A DNA stretch of 64,000 nucleotides from Bilabrum cf. latius (lineage: Eukaryota). Under the pieces are notes generated by a model. That model ran no database searches. It saw nothing but the letters and a program-made list of their open reading frames with translations, and was not told the origin of the DNA. The translations under genes were made by a program, and so were the position numbers. Positions within the stretch are counted from its first letter, which is position 1. The number at the start of each line of letters is the position of its first letter. Shown here one piece after another: positions 1-11,501 of this stretch. The stretch is taken from the NCBI GenBank assembly GCA_965178125.1, contig OZ237737.1:1364001-1428000 (forward strand), read 5' to 3'.

Positions 1-1944
1 CCGTTCCAGGAATGCTCCGTGCCCGGATGCAAGCTGCCTCGCTGCAATCTGCCTGGCTCAACTTACTGCGAGGGCCACCATGCCGTCCGATTCCAGGAGC
101 CCCCAACACTGGAGGACTTTTTGCGCAACGACGTGTACAGGTCAGTATTCCGTGAGTACTGCCAGTCGGCCCGCCCCGAGATGCAGGACGTGCTGGGCTT
201 CATGGAGAGAGCTAAGGACGTGTCACAGCTGCGGGCCAAGCATGTCCTCGCGGAGAGAGCGAGGGTGGTGTTCGACCAGTACGTGCGCGAAGGGGCTGAC
301 AAGCAGCTTTTCTTTTTATCCGACGTGGACCCGAGGGAGGGGTCGGGCAGGGGGGCCGCAGCGATCGGATCAAGGTCTCGGCTGGATTCGGCCAACACGG
401 TCGGCGGGGAGAGCACAGCGGACATGGCAAGGGAGGCAAGCGGCTTTTCTCTGCGGTCCGCGGGCGGCATCGAGGATTCGGTTCTCGTTCCGGGTGCAGG
501 AGGGGACTCCTGTGGAGAGGTTGCGCAGTCTGGCGTGTGCGCTCCTGCACTGCCATCGTCCCGAGTGACTGCAAGTGGAGAGGACGGCGAGGCCCCTGCG
601 GGGCTAGAGGCTCGAGCCAGAGGCGGATCTACCACAACCGCAGCAGAGGCGACACCGCCAGCAGGACCCGTTGTTGATGCCGGCGCTAGCGCACACGTTG
701 GCGCTGGGATGGGGCCCCTCTCTGTGCCGGGTCCCATGGCACCCAGCAACGGATTAACATCGGGAACTCTGCATGCTGGCTTGCAGCGATCTCGTGGCGG
801 CATGAATCTGCTGGCAGCAGCTCCCTCGTCGGAGTCGAAGGAGGACCCCACTGGCGGTGGCACCGAGTCGAAGCTGTTTCCGTCCGGTGCAGGCGCGCCT
901 CCGTCACCGACAGTGACAGATGCCCCGCCGACTAGCGAAGCCGGTGTTGCTCCTAGCAATGGGCACGCTTCCACAAGGGGTCCAGGCCAAGCGTCTCCGC
1001 CATCCGGATCACCACCCCGGATCCGCGGTGCCAGCGCCAGGGCCAGGGCTAGTGCCAGGGCTGGGGCGGGTGCCGGGGCGCTGGCTGCTGCAGCCTCGGC
1101 GGCGTCTCCGGGACGGGGGCCATCCTTGGCGCACCGGGCCGACTCCACGGCATCAACGCGGTCCAAACAAGGCGGTGGCGGTGACTTTGCCCGGTTCTGT
1201 GCCAGGCGAGATGCCGAGGAGTACGAGGCAACTCGCGTGAGGCTTGCGGGGATTTTGAGGTACCTGTACCGGGTGCTGAGCGACGATTTCGACGAGGAGG
1301 AATAGGAATAGGCGGGAGCTGCTGGAGCAGATGCTGTTCCTGCTGCCGGGGGTGATGGTGGCAGCGACGGCCCCGCCGCGAGTGGGGCTGGTGCAAGCAG
1401 TTCGTCCTTGCGCCCGCCGCCGTAGACGCGGAGGAAGGGCGCTGTCAGGTCCACAGTGTTTAAGGGCCTCGTTAGGGAGTGCAGGTGGCACCTGCACCGA
1501 GTGTTCGAGGGCGAGTTCAAGTTCAGCCAGCAGTACGCAGCGTGGGCTGACGTGAACCTCGGGCTGGAGGTGCCCGAGGTAACCGCTGGCCGCGCTGCCA
1601 TTCTGAAAGCCGCTGGGGTGTCTATCGGCGAGGCCATGGGGGTGAGGAGGGTTTCTTCGGGCGAAAATGGGGGTGCTGGACCCGCGTCTGGGTCTGGTGC
1701 AGGGACGGGTGCTGGGTCTGCGTCTGGGTCTGGGTCTTCTGCTGCAAGCACCATGTCATCGGAGGCTGGTGTTGGCGTTAGTAGGGCTGGAACCGGCATG
1801 TCACCGGTGTCCACGCCAGATTCAGAAGCGTACCAGGCTGGTTTGGAAGCGCTGGCAGCTAGCCCTGAAGACGAGAGCAGCGCCGGCGACGGGGCGTCCT
1901 CTGCGGCTGCGGGTGGCGCGGCTTCAGGTGGATTGAACATTTGA
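1..1944 (+). CDS. RGS-domain protein, 5'-truncated by the window; TAG read through at 1303, 1309 and 1423
   Basis: The frame is open from base 1. ORFs 19..1305 and 1456..1944 share a frame and are separated only by TAGs. The RGS N-half (LEDFLRNDVYRSVFREYC...LGFMER...ARVVFDQYVREGADKQL) and C-half (VFKGLVRECRWHLHRVFEGEFKFSQQY) are split by a low-complexity insert. It ends in TGA at 1942-1944. Confidence 0.7.
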
Positions 1945-2052
1945 ACTTGCACAAGACCGGCAGCTTTCGCAGTGCTTGCAGATTAGAATTCTTGCCAACA
2001 AGGGAGCAACCGCATCAATTACAAGCATCCCGGATACTTTTCTTGCCGCAGC

Positions 2053-3354
2053 TCACGAGAGAGCGTCCGGGCCACTGCCAGCCTCGTCGCTTTCCACTGG
2101 CAACGCGTCTAGCACCTCGATTCGCATGGACCACCGAAACTCTTCGCCCTGCTTCAGTAGAACCCTGCCATGACCCGTGTTGAGAGAGTCGGGCACCCCC
2201 AGCCACGGCTCCATGCAGATAAATCCTGGGCGGGGAGCAGCACCCGCATCGTCCGCAGTCGAGGCACGGCCGGCAGCTTCGAGTCCGTCGCCACTGCCAG
2301 GAGCGTCCGAGAGTGCGTCAGTGGAAGGAGGTGGCTGGCCCCACAGCACGAAGGTGTGCCACGGATCCAGCTGCGACACCTGTGCCGCTTCTGACGGTAG
2401 CAGAAGGCTGGATCCGTCCCTCTCCGAGACAGGGCCGCGCGCACCGCCGATCCACGAGGACACGCGGATGCCGGCGGGCCACTCTGCCTCTGCCTCCGCC
2501 CCCGCGTCGTCATCATCGCCTGTCTTGGCGGTTGAGACTCCCGGTTCGCCACTCCCAAAATTGAGCTCTAGCTATCGGGTACTATCAGGGGTGTGGGCAG
2601 ATTCCTTTCCGGACTGCTCGTTTGCGGAGCCGAGCACAGTGTCAAGGGCTCGCTCGTCGATGAGTTGCAGGCCCCCACCTGCAGAGGCCGCGGCCTTGCC
2701 ATCACTCGCCGTCCCTAGCTCTGGGATGCCCTTCACTTCACCTGATAGCAGGGATCCGGGTGCTAGGCACAGCATTTTGTACGCTTGGCCGCTTGGCGCA
2801 TGCAATTGCGCACCTTTCCAACGTGATGCGGGGACCGCTACGGATAGGTGGTTCCCGATCGAGAATGGCATCATGGTGGATTCGCCAGCCCGGTGGTTTG
2901 AATCGCCTGCATCTTTATTCTTCACAGTGTATTCGCAAACAATGCTGTTGCCCGACTCCAAAGCAAAACGAACCTGCAGCTCAAACTCGAATGGATACTG
3001 CATCTCCTTGCCATCTTCTACGCTACCACCCGAGCTTTCGATCGATAGATTAATATCATTTGTTGAAACTGCCTTCACTGCAAAATCAGCATCGTGGACA
3101 AACCCATGTAGTGGCATCTCCAAAGTACTTTCGCCAAGCTTCCATCGCGCGTCCTTGTGCCTGCCAACAGCAGGCCACAGCGTCATTGCTCTTCCTTGCC
3201 AGCCAGTTCCATCGTGGTTCGTTCCGAATTCACCGCCGTAAAGGATTTCATGACCCCGCCAAACGATGCTCGAAAGCTGCCCACCCTTCTTGATCACCCT
3301 GATCATGAGGCCATCCTTCTTGATCTCCAACTCCGGTCCCGCGGCACCTGCCAT
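2053..3354 (-). CDS. Aldose 1-epimerase / galactose mutarotase-like protein (LacX-like), ~433 aa; one internal TAG at 2572
   Basis: ATG at 3354. Motifs LWPAVGR, MPLHGF, YPFEF and FSIGNH lie before the TAG; the catalytic-Glu motif FICMEPW lies after it in the same frame. It ends in TGA. Confidence 0.8.
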
Positions 3355-3562
3355 CGACTTGCGACAAGCTGCAAATAGTGAGTAAGGCGTGAAGCTCTCT
3401 GAAAGAGTGCGCAAACCGATAACTTGTTTCTGCGCGATGAAGATGGATTCGACGGTTCCGGGCTGGATCGAAGTGACAACTGCAACCGCAGCTGTTGAGC
3501 CCTGCACTGTGATATGTAACAAAATTAAACGGTTCAAGGCATGAATTATAACATTTATTCGC

Positions 3563-5518
3563 TCAAGACGGAAAGTTAGCACCGTTCGTGCTGCCAGCAA
3601 CGCACCACGGGTGCTGCATTATTGTCGGGCCTTGCGCAACCACAGCCTCGACATACTCCCATTCGTTCGACACGTCGTTGAACTCTCGTCGAAATGCTTC
3701 TCCACAGGTAGGACACTCTGCTTCACCGCCAGTGGCATCAAAGTCTGCGCAAGAAACGCGGTGTGCACCCCCACCGTCGGACAGAGCACCCGGAGAGCCC
3801 GGACTGCCGGGGGTTGATGAGATGATCTGCTTTCCGGCTGTGGCGGCAGCGGGCTACAAGCCCGAGCCGGTACCCGAAGCAGAGGAAGACGAAGAAGAAG
3901 ACACCGCCGCTGCACTCGAACTGCTGCTTGATCCAGCAGCTGCCGCTGCTCCATTCGAAGCCGCTGCACCCGCGCCGGCAGCGACTGCCAAAGACGGCAC
4001 CGCGGCTGCAGCTCCCTATGCTCCAGTGCCGGTACCGGTGCCGGTGCCGCCGCTGCGGCTGCTTGCTGCGCCGTCCCAGGACCCTCTATCCCTTGCTACC
4101 TTCGCTGCACTCGTCAGCACGGTATCCCTGCGCGCCGTGTCATCGTCATCGTGCCCTACTCCTGCTCCTGCTCCTGCTGCTGCTGTTGCGCCCCAGCCCA
4201 GGGGACCGAGGAGGCACCACGCCCTGCTCCTCCCGCCCGCGCCCCCGCCCGCCCACTCGTCATCCAGCCGAGCCACCGCATGCCTCCGCCGCGCATGCGT
4301 GGCTACATCAGTTCCGGAGCGGAAAAAGCAACCGTCCGCCGCAGAAAACTCCAGGCCTTCTCCCGGAGGCCCCCTCAGGATAAGCTGCGCACAGCTCTCC
4401 TTGTCCTCCTCTACGCCCCGCCACCAGTGCAGACCCTGGGGTGCCGCGGCAGCAGCCTGCACCCCGGATGCAGACGCAGACGCATGCGCTGGAATAGGGC
4501 CAGCGGCTGGAAGCATGCTGGGGTGTCCCAGCTGCTCGGGCGCAGCGGGAACATGACTACCCTCGGCCATGCCTGCACCAGAGGCGGCTGCATCGGCCAG
4601 CATGCTGAGGACAACGGCCATGTCGCTCCCGGGCTCTGCCTGAGCCGCGGCTGCAGCTGCCGCCTGGGCCACTGCCAGCCCCGGCTGGCCGGCCCCTTGT
4701 TCCCCGGAGGCGGCGCCCAGCGCCTGCACGACTGCCTGGGACAGGAGCGGGTCCACTCGCGCCAGGGCCCGGGTCACGGCGAACACGTGCTGCTGCTGGA
4801 ATGGGGTGGAGCAAGCGGAGAGCGCAGACCGTGCCGCAGCAGCTGAAGGGCTGTCGCTGGGCCCGGCTCCCGCCTGGGAGGGAAGGGGGCCATCTGGGCC
4901 GGGCCAGTCGCCGGGATGCGTGCTGGGAAAGCCGTGTGCCTGCTCAACCCTAGCGCGTTTTGCCGGAGGCGCATCGAGCTCTGGACTGGAATGCTGGGCC
5001 CAGGGAGGCGGGTGCAACTGTGACTGAGCATCGCGGCCCGAAGCGGCGCTTGCCGGGATGGGTGCGCTAGGCACACCCGTGTGCGGTCCAGCAAGGCTGG
5101 AGTTTGGAGCGGTCGGAGCCAATGCATTCGATGCAATGCTTGCAAAATGATTCAAAAGCATGGATGTTACTGTTGGAAGTAAACTATTCGCTTGCCACAT
5201 CCGAACAACCCTCTCAATGTTGTATCTGTCCCCAGGAGAGGCCTGGTCGTACGCCATCACCAAAGTTTGACCAAGCCACCTATCGAGGCCACTCAAGAAA
5301 TGACCTCCAATATTTTTCACAATTGAGTCGATGAGATACACAATCGGAAGCCTGTGAGATGGCGGGGCCTCGCCCAGGCACTGCGCCACCGTGTATGCCG
5401 CATGGTCGGCCGAATCTGGAGCGTGAGAGAAGTACCCTGCGTGAGCCGTAAGTGGCTCAATGACTGCTCGAGCCGGGAATGTGCCCATACCACGGATCTA
5501 CGCTTGGAAGGCCTCCAT
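3563..5518 (-). CDS. PCF11: Pcf11-like pre-mRNA cleavage/polyadenylation factor (N-terminal CID, C-terminal zinc finger); TAGs at 5498, 4016 and 3854
   Basis: The CID motif is RLPIVYLIDSIVKNIGG...RVVRMW. Reading through two TAGs gives ECPTCGEAFRREFNDVSNEWEYVEAV...QHPWC, the Pcf11 C-terminal zinc-finger pattern. Start MEAFQA(TAG)IRG at 5518; TGA at 3563-3565. Confidence 0.75.
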
Positions 5519-5727
5519 AGGACGCAGAGTTTGCATGCGATTCCGTCATGGGGGATTACGGCACGGTACAAACAAAAATCCGATAAATGTCAGGCGCTCG
5601 GCTCCGCAGCAGCGCCTTGCTGATTCAGAGTGTTTCTGAGCGGTTTGCGTCCAACAGCAACCACAGCGCGCGATATATTTCTGCACAAAGCTAGCATACA
5701 CAGAAAATTCAACAGTTCCATTCGCAG
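5519..5727. promoter_or_regulatory. Putative bidirectional promoter region (Pcf11 / peroxidase fusion)
   Basis: A short, lower-GC spacer between divergent start codons; inferred from gene orientation only. Confidence 0.4.
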
Positions 5728-8700
5728 ATGCGGCTCGAAGTGCTCGCACTTGCGGCTGTGACTGTTGCGGGCGTTGGCACGCTGGCGCAGAGTGGTGTGT
5801 ATAGCTCCGTGGATGGCAGCCTTAACAACCCAATCGATGGGTTGCTCGGGAAAGAGGATACAAGATTTCTTCGGAAGCTCAACATGGCGTTCTACGACGA
5901 CAACGTTGCGTCGATAAACCCAGGCTTGCCGAATCCACGAGCTGTCTCCAATTCCTTGTTTGGGGTACCTCCGTTCAGCTACAACCAAGCAAGAGTGGCC
6001 TTTATGGCTGCGGCATGGGGTAAGAGAAAGCTTATTGCGAAGCCGGTTGCGTTTTCAGTGGAGTGTGTCCGCAGTACGTGGTTCGCTGCACCGAGTGTTC
6101 ACACCGCGTGCTCGTGCTGTTCCGTTCCCCTCCCATTTTGCAGGTCAGGTGAGCCGGCTCATATTCAAATTAATTTTTTTTGTTAATCACAAGTAGAAAA
6201 ACTGGCGTTTGTGTTGCCCGATCTTGCAGTCGTCGGCGCACATCACAGAGCTAGCCCGTTCCCAGGAGCCACCCGTCTCGCAGTTCATCGCCCATGACAT
6301 GATCAGGACAATGGGACACAACAGCAGCGATCCTACTGAAGTCATTCAAGTGCCATCACCTGCCGGGGAGACCCACTTTGATGGTCCGACGATCCCGTTC
6401 AAGCGCATGCTGTGAGAGCTTGCAAACGGATCGAATGGACGGTCGGTTCACGCCCAAGCCTATTGATGCCCGCCCTCAAAATTAAGTCATGCTGAGTTAA
6501 CATTGCAGGTATGATGCCACGACGGGAACCGGCCCGCTCAACCCGCGACAACCGATAAACAGGCAAACTTCTTTCATTGACGGAAGCGTAGTGTACGGAG
6601 CGACAACGCAAAGGCTCAGGGAGCTCCGTACATTTTACCGCGGCCAACTGATCCAGGATCCGGTAAACGGATGCCCACGGAACAGTGCTGGGGTACCCAT
6701 GGCTGGGCCTTTCGGAAACTCGCCGGACCAGCGCCTGACCGGTGACGACCGCGGCAACGTGAACCCCGGCATTCTCGCGCTGCAGTGCCTGTTCATTCTC
6801 GAGCACAACCGCCAAGCAGCGGAACTTGAAGAGCGCAACCCGTCGTGGTCCGACGAAGTGCTCTTCCAAGAAGCCCGCATCAGGGTGCGCGCCATCATCC
6901 AGTCCATCCACTTCAACGAGTACACGTCTCTGTTGCTGGGCGAGCCACTCCCGGCCTACCAGGGCTACAACCCCGGCGTCGACCCGTCCGTGGACGTTGC
7001 CTTCGCCGTGGCAGCCTACCGCTACGGCCACAGCGGCATCAATTCCGTCTACTGGTGCGTCAAACCGGACGGCTCCAACTGCCAGCAGGGTCACCTGCTG
7101 CTCCGGGACGTCTACTTCAAGCCGTCCTACCTCAACTTCGGGACCATCGGAGACATCCTTCGCGGCCTCACACTGCAGCCCGAGCAAGAAATCGATACTG
7201 TCATGGTGGACGACGTCCGCAACTGGGTCGAGGGTATCAAGCAGGACCTGGCCATGCTCGACATTATGCGGGGACGGGACGGAGGAATCGCCTCCTACTC
7301 CACTGCGAGGCAGCAGTACGGCCTATCGAGGCCGCAGCGGTTCGAAGACATCACCTCAAACCTGCGCGTGGCGGAGGCGCTGCGCGCAGCGTACTCATCT
7401 GTTGACGACGTGGATCTGTGGGTCGGAGGCCTCGCCGAGGAGGCCTCTGGGACCTCATTCGTGTCCGAGACGTTCAAGGCCGTGATCAAGGACCAGATGC
7501 TGCGATCTCGCGACGGTGACCGCTTCTACTACAAGAACCAGGAGGTTGGTGGCTTCCGCAACGGCCGCTTCGTGCGTTACCTCAGCGATGAGGAGATCGA
7601 AGAGATCGATGCGACCAAGCTCTCCGACGTCATCCGGCGGAACACGGACTTCACCAACGCTCCTTCCTCCGTGTTTAGGAAGCAGGACGAGGTGACGTTC
7701 ACCGGGCTGGAAGTCATGGCTGACGGCGAGACCACCCCTTCCACGCCAGTCGTCGTTGTGCCTGACAGCCCCACCGAGCGCGTGCTGCAGGTGGATGACC
7801 GACTCACCATGCGGTGGACGCCAGTGCAGGAGCAAGACACCGAGCTAGAGATCACGCTCGAGCTGGACGGCGAGGGATGGGTCGGTGCCGGCTTCGGCAC
7901 CAGGATGCGGGGCAGCGACGTCGTCATGCTCACCTACCAGAACGGCCGGGGCCAGGCCACCGATGCCAAAGCTACTGCATACGCGCTCCCAGAGTCTGAC
8001 CCGCAGCAGGACTGGAGAGTCACGAGCGCCTCCCAGTCAGCTGGTGTGACCACGTGGACGGTGGCCCGCGACCTGCTAACCATCGATGGCAACGACTACC
8101 AGCTGACATGGTCGGACGGTGGCAGCGTAGAGATGCTGTTCGCGTGGTCCACCACGGAGTCCACGGTGGGCTTCCACGGCAACTCGAGGACGGCACTGCG
8201 AGTACCGCTGTACGCCGAGACCAGCTCCTCCTCCTCTGGAAGCGGCGGGCAGTGCCCCACGTGCACCGTGTGCCCAAGCCCGGCCCCGACTGCCGCGGCT
8301 TCCACCGATGACGACGACGCCGCCACCAATTCCAACGATGCCTCGGGCCTCAACGGTAGCGATGGCGGCTCGTCCACGCCGGATGCCTCGGGCAACACCG
8401 TCACTCGTAACTCCCTGGTGATCCAGGAGGGCGTGCTCTCCATGGAGTGGGCACCACCGGGCGACTCCGACACTGATATTGAGATCACAATGACGCTCGA
8501 GGGAACCGGCTGGATGGCGTTCGGGGTGGGAACAGGCATGGCTAACGCTGACGTGTACATCATGTCGGTGGAGGGAGGCCAGGGTCAGCTCACCGATGCG
8601 ATCTCAACCGGATACATGGTGCCAGCCACGGACGGGCAGCAGGACGGCGAGATTGTCACAGCAACTGAGGTGGACGGAGTGACCACGTTCACGTTCCGCA

Positions 8701-11420
8701 GGGCCCTAGACACCGGTGATGGCGACGACATTGCCATCGGAACGGGCGACACGCCCCTGATTTTTGCCTGGGACACAAGGTCTGATGTAGTGGCACCCCA
8801 CGGGCCCAATAGGGTGATGGCCTCCGTGGATCTCTTTGAGAAGCCGAGTGGAAACGGAACCTCCACTGCGAGAGTTGTGGGTGGAGGAGGAAACGCATAC
8901 CGCAACGCCAGGCTAGCAGCGTATGGCTTCCATGGCATCAGCATGTTCTCGACATGGGGCGTCCTGGTCCCGATCGGAGTGTTCACGGTGCGCTTCTTCC
9001 GGCACAAGTCCTTCTACCAGCAGTTCCACCGGTGGTCCATGATGATGGCAGCGACGATTACCATTCCTGCCGCTGGTGCTGCGATTGCCGCTAGCCAAAA
9101 CTAGAACATCCTGCTGCATGCCTACTTTGGAGTCACCTTGGCGGTGTCCATCATCATCCAGGTGGTGCTGGGAGCGGCGACCCGTAACTGGCTGCGCTCG
9201 GACAAGAGGCCGCCGAACGAGTTCTTCTACGTGATGATGGCCCACAGAGTCCTCGGGTGGCTGCTGTCTGGACTGGGCATGATCAACGTGTACCTCGGCG
9301 TGTCAATGCTGCTGCCCGAAGCCAAGTACTTCATCCTGGGGTACCTCGTGCTCATCTGCGTGGCCTACGCGGTGGTCGGTGTCTACGACGAGCTTATGCG
9401 GGATTCGGTGGCAACTCCGGTGTCCATGATCAAGGGCAAGAACAACGCAACTCTAAAGAGGGAATTCATCGCGCACAGCAACCAATCGATGACCATGGAA
9501 GACGTTCGGCGGAACGTGCGCGCGGGCTGCAAGTTCGTGATCCTTGAAGGATGGGTCTTTGACGTTTCCAAGTTCGTCAAGAACCACCCGGGCGGGGCGT
9601 ACCTCATCGAGAGGTGCGTGGGCTCGGACATCCATCAGTACTTCTACGGCCGGGAGGCCTTCGACCAGCGTGTGGGCAAGCACGTGCACAGCATCAGGGC
9701 CCGGGAGCTGCTGCGCAGCCTGTGCGTCGGTGTGCTGCGAGCCGGTGCAGCTTCCAGTGGCTCTGCCGGCACGTGGGCCGACAAAACGGTGGAAGACAAC
9801 AACCAATGGGAGAACTGGACCGTCCAGAGGGCCCACATTGTCAACCCAAGAGAGAAACGCCCTGTTGTTCACCTGGCCCTGCACCGCCAGGGTGCGAACG
9901 CCACAGAGCCGCACGAGTGGAAGCCGTCCACATTCGGTCGGTACATGCTCGTCCGTATTCCCAAGCCCGACTCCAGTCGCTCTACTAGTGAGGAGTTCAA
10001 GTCGGCCCTGCGGACCAGCATCTCGGGAGATGCGCCAAGGGGTGGCGAGCACAGGTACGCCATCCGGCCGTACACCATCGTTCGTCGAGCTGGCAGGCCA
10101 GGTATGGAGCTCTATATCCGCCGGTACGAGGGCGGCGAGCTCTCACCTCTCATGCACAACCTGCGAGACGGAGATCGGCTAGATATGTCGGGCCCGCGCG
10201 GACTCGGCCTCCATCTCGATGACGACAGCTCGGGAGTGGTGGTGGGCGTGGCCCTCGGCACGTGCGCATACACCTACTATGACCTGATCCAGTACGTCAT
10301 GGCCAAGTACGAATACGAGGAGTCCAACGGTCAGAAGCTGCAGCGGAACGACAGCTACATTTCTCGCGGATCGATCCAGCGCTCGGCCTCGAAGCGAACG
10401 ATGGGTCTCGGGCCTGACGTCACCCACTTTCGGACTCCAGACGACTCCCGCCGGTCCTCCTTCCAAGACGCGAAACAACTTGGCATGGCTGGGTCGGCAA
10501 GGACTTCGAACCCAGACCCGGCAGCTCGGGACTCTATCGGTCGCAGGGGTACCGGAGCCGGCTTCGCAGCCTCGAAGCACGGGGAGGATTCGAGCAGTGG
10601 AGGGAGCGGCAGCGATCGCGGCGACGTGTCTGACAACGTCCAGGAGGGCCCACGACGCAGCACTCCTGGATAGAGGCACCGCCGGCCATCCTCGTCTGAT
10701 GATGACCTACTGGAGGCCCTCGAAGACGCAGGCCTAGATAGAGGTGAGCACAAGGCGCAAGACTCGACGCGCGTCCCTGTTCAGCTGCCTGCTCTGCGCA
10801 CTGCGTCTGCGCGAGGCGATTCAGATGCGAGCAGAACGATTGATATCGGCGGGATGCACATCACGACTGCAAAGCACATCAAGATCCGAGGCGGAAACGT
10901 CATCAAGGACGCAGCGGCACAAGGCCGCTCCAGCAGGGACATGCATGACGAGGAAGAAGAGGTCGACATGGACGCGGCAAAGCGATACCTGAAGTCGAAG
11001 AGGCTCGGCAAGAAGCCGTCTCGCGCAGTTACGCAAGCGGATGAGGAGGATACTGACCAGGAGTCGCAGCCGTCAAGCCGTACCAAGCGGAAGCACTTCA
11101 ATGACCTCAAGCTCGTCTTGATGGTCGTCTTCGGCAGCGAGGACGAGGTGCTGGAGGCAGATTGGCTGCTGCACGCCGCCGAGACGTGCCCCTACTTTGA
11201 GCTGCACATCAACATCAAGAAGAAGCGCCGGGCGGAGCACCCTCTGCATCGGTACGAGAACCTGTACACGGGGTACCTCGATGAAGAGCGGCTGGCGCTC
11301 ATCCTGCCCCCGCGCAATCTGCTGACCGTGACGCTCTGCGGAAGCAGTCAGTTCGTCAGGGGGCTGAAGGACAAGTACCTCGCAATGGGGATGCCACGTG
11401 GCCTTGTTTCGGCAACCTGA
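5728..11420 (+). CDS. Multidomain membrane redox protein: signal peptide, animal-type heme peroxidase, 2x DOMON, cytochrome b561, cytochrome b5, FNR-like FAD/NAD(P) domain; ~1,778 aa. Exons 5728-6019, 6144-6148, 6284-6411, 6509-11420; TAGs at 9102 and 10671
   Basis: Splicing gives WGQFIAHD, NPRQPINRQTSFIDGSVVYG, GDDRGN, AYRYGHS (proximal His), DIMRGRDGG and SRDGDRFYY. Both DOMONs have Met/His heme ligands. The b561 domain has four His (FHG, FHR, LHA, AHR), the b5 domain has HPGG, and the FNR domain has RPYT, GELS, GPRG and LCGS. Exon lengths sum to 5337 nt, a multiple of 3. It ends in TGA. Confidence 0.85.
6020..6143 (+). other. Spliceosomal intron 1 of the peroxidase fusion gene (124 nt)
   Basis: GTAAG donor after TGG-G; pyrimidine tract and TTTTGCAG acceptor. 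Confidence 0.8.
6144..6148 (+). other. 5-nt micro-exon (GTCAG) completing Gly and encoding Gln of WGQFIAHD
   Basis: Flanked by TTTTGCAG and GTGAG. Including it restores both the frame and the family motif exactly. Confidence 0.75.
6149..6283 (+). other. Spliceosomal intron 2 of the peroxidase fusion gene (135 nt)
   Basis: GTGAG donor, AT-rich interior, and a CTCGCAG acceptor directly before TTC ATC GCC CAT GAC (FIAHD). Confidence 0.75.
6412..6508 (+). other. Spliceosomal intron 3 of the peroxidase fusion gene (97 nt)
   Basis: GTGAG donor and TTGCAG acceptor. Splicing joins IPFKRM-L-YDATTGTGPLNPRQ in frame. Confidence 0.8.
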
Positions 11421-11501
11421 TGTTGTGATGACTCTGGCCTATTTGACAATTATACCTTTACTTGCTTACTAGTCCGTATCACCGTGCAAATCTTAACAAA
11501 A

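Noticed and set aside
1675-1745. GGGTCT/GGTGCT hexamer-like repeats, and similar GCT/GCA or AAG runs at ~4160, 24560 and 27845
   Set aside because: They encode Gly-Ser/Ala, Pro-Lys or poly-Lys tracts. They are not CRISPR, telomeric or mobile-element repeats.
63-1952. Long antisense or alternative-frame ORFs (for example 63..1952 -, 2177..3241 +, 3588..4556 +, 30609..32228 +, 33612..34820 -, 56005..57171 -)
   Set aside because: They are shadows of GC-rich coding genes, low in complexity and without family motifs.
3355-3600. 82-aa N-terminal extension of the epimerase in the ORF track (TTG start at 3600)
   Set aside because: It starts at a non-ATG codon, overlaps the Pcf11 3' end and runs through AT-rich intergenic DNA. 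ATG 3354 matches the start of the domain.
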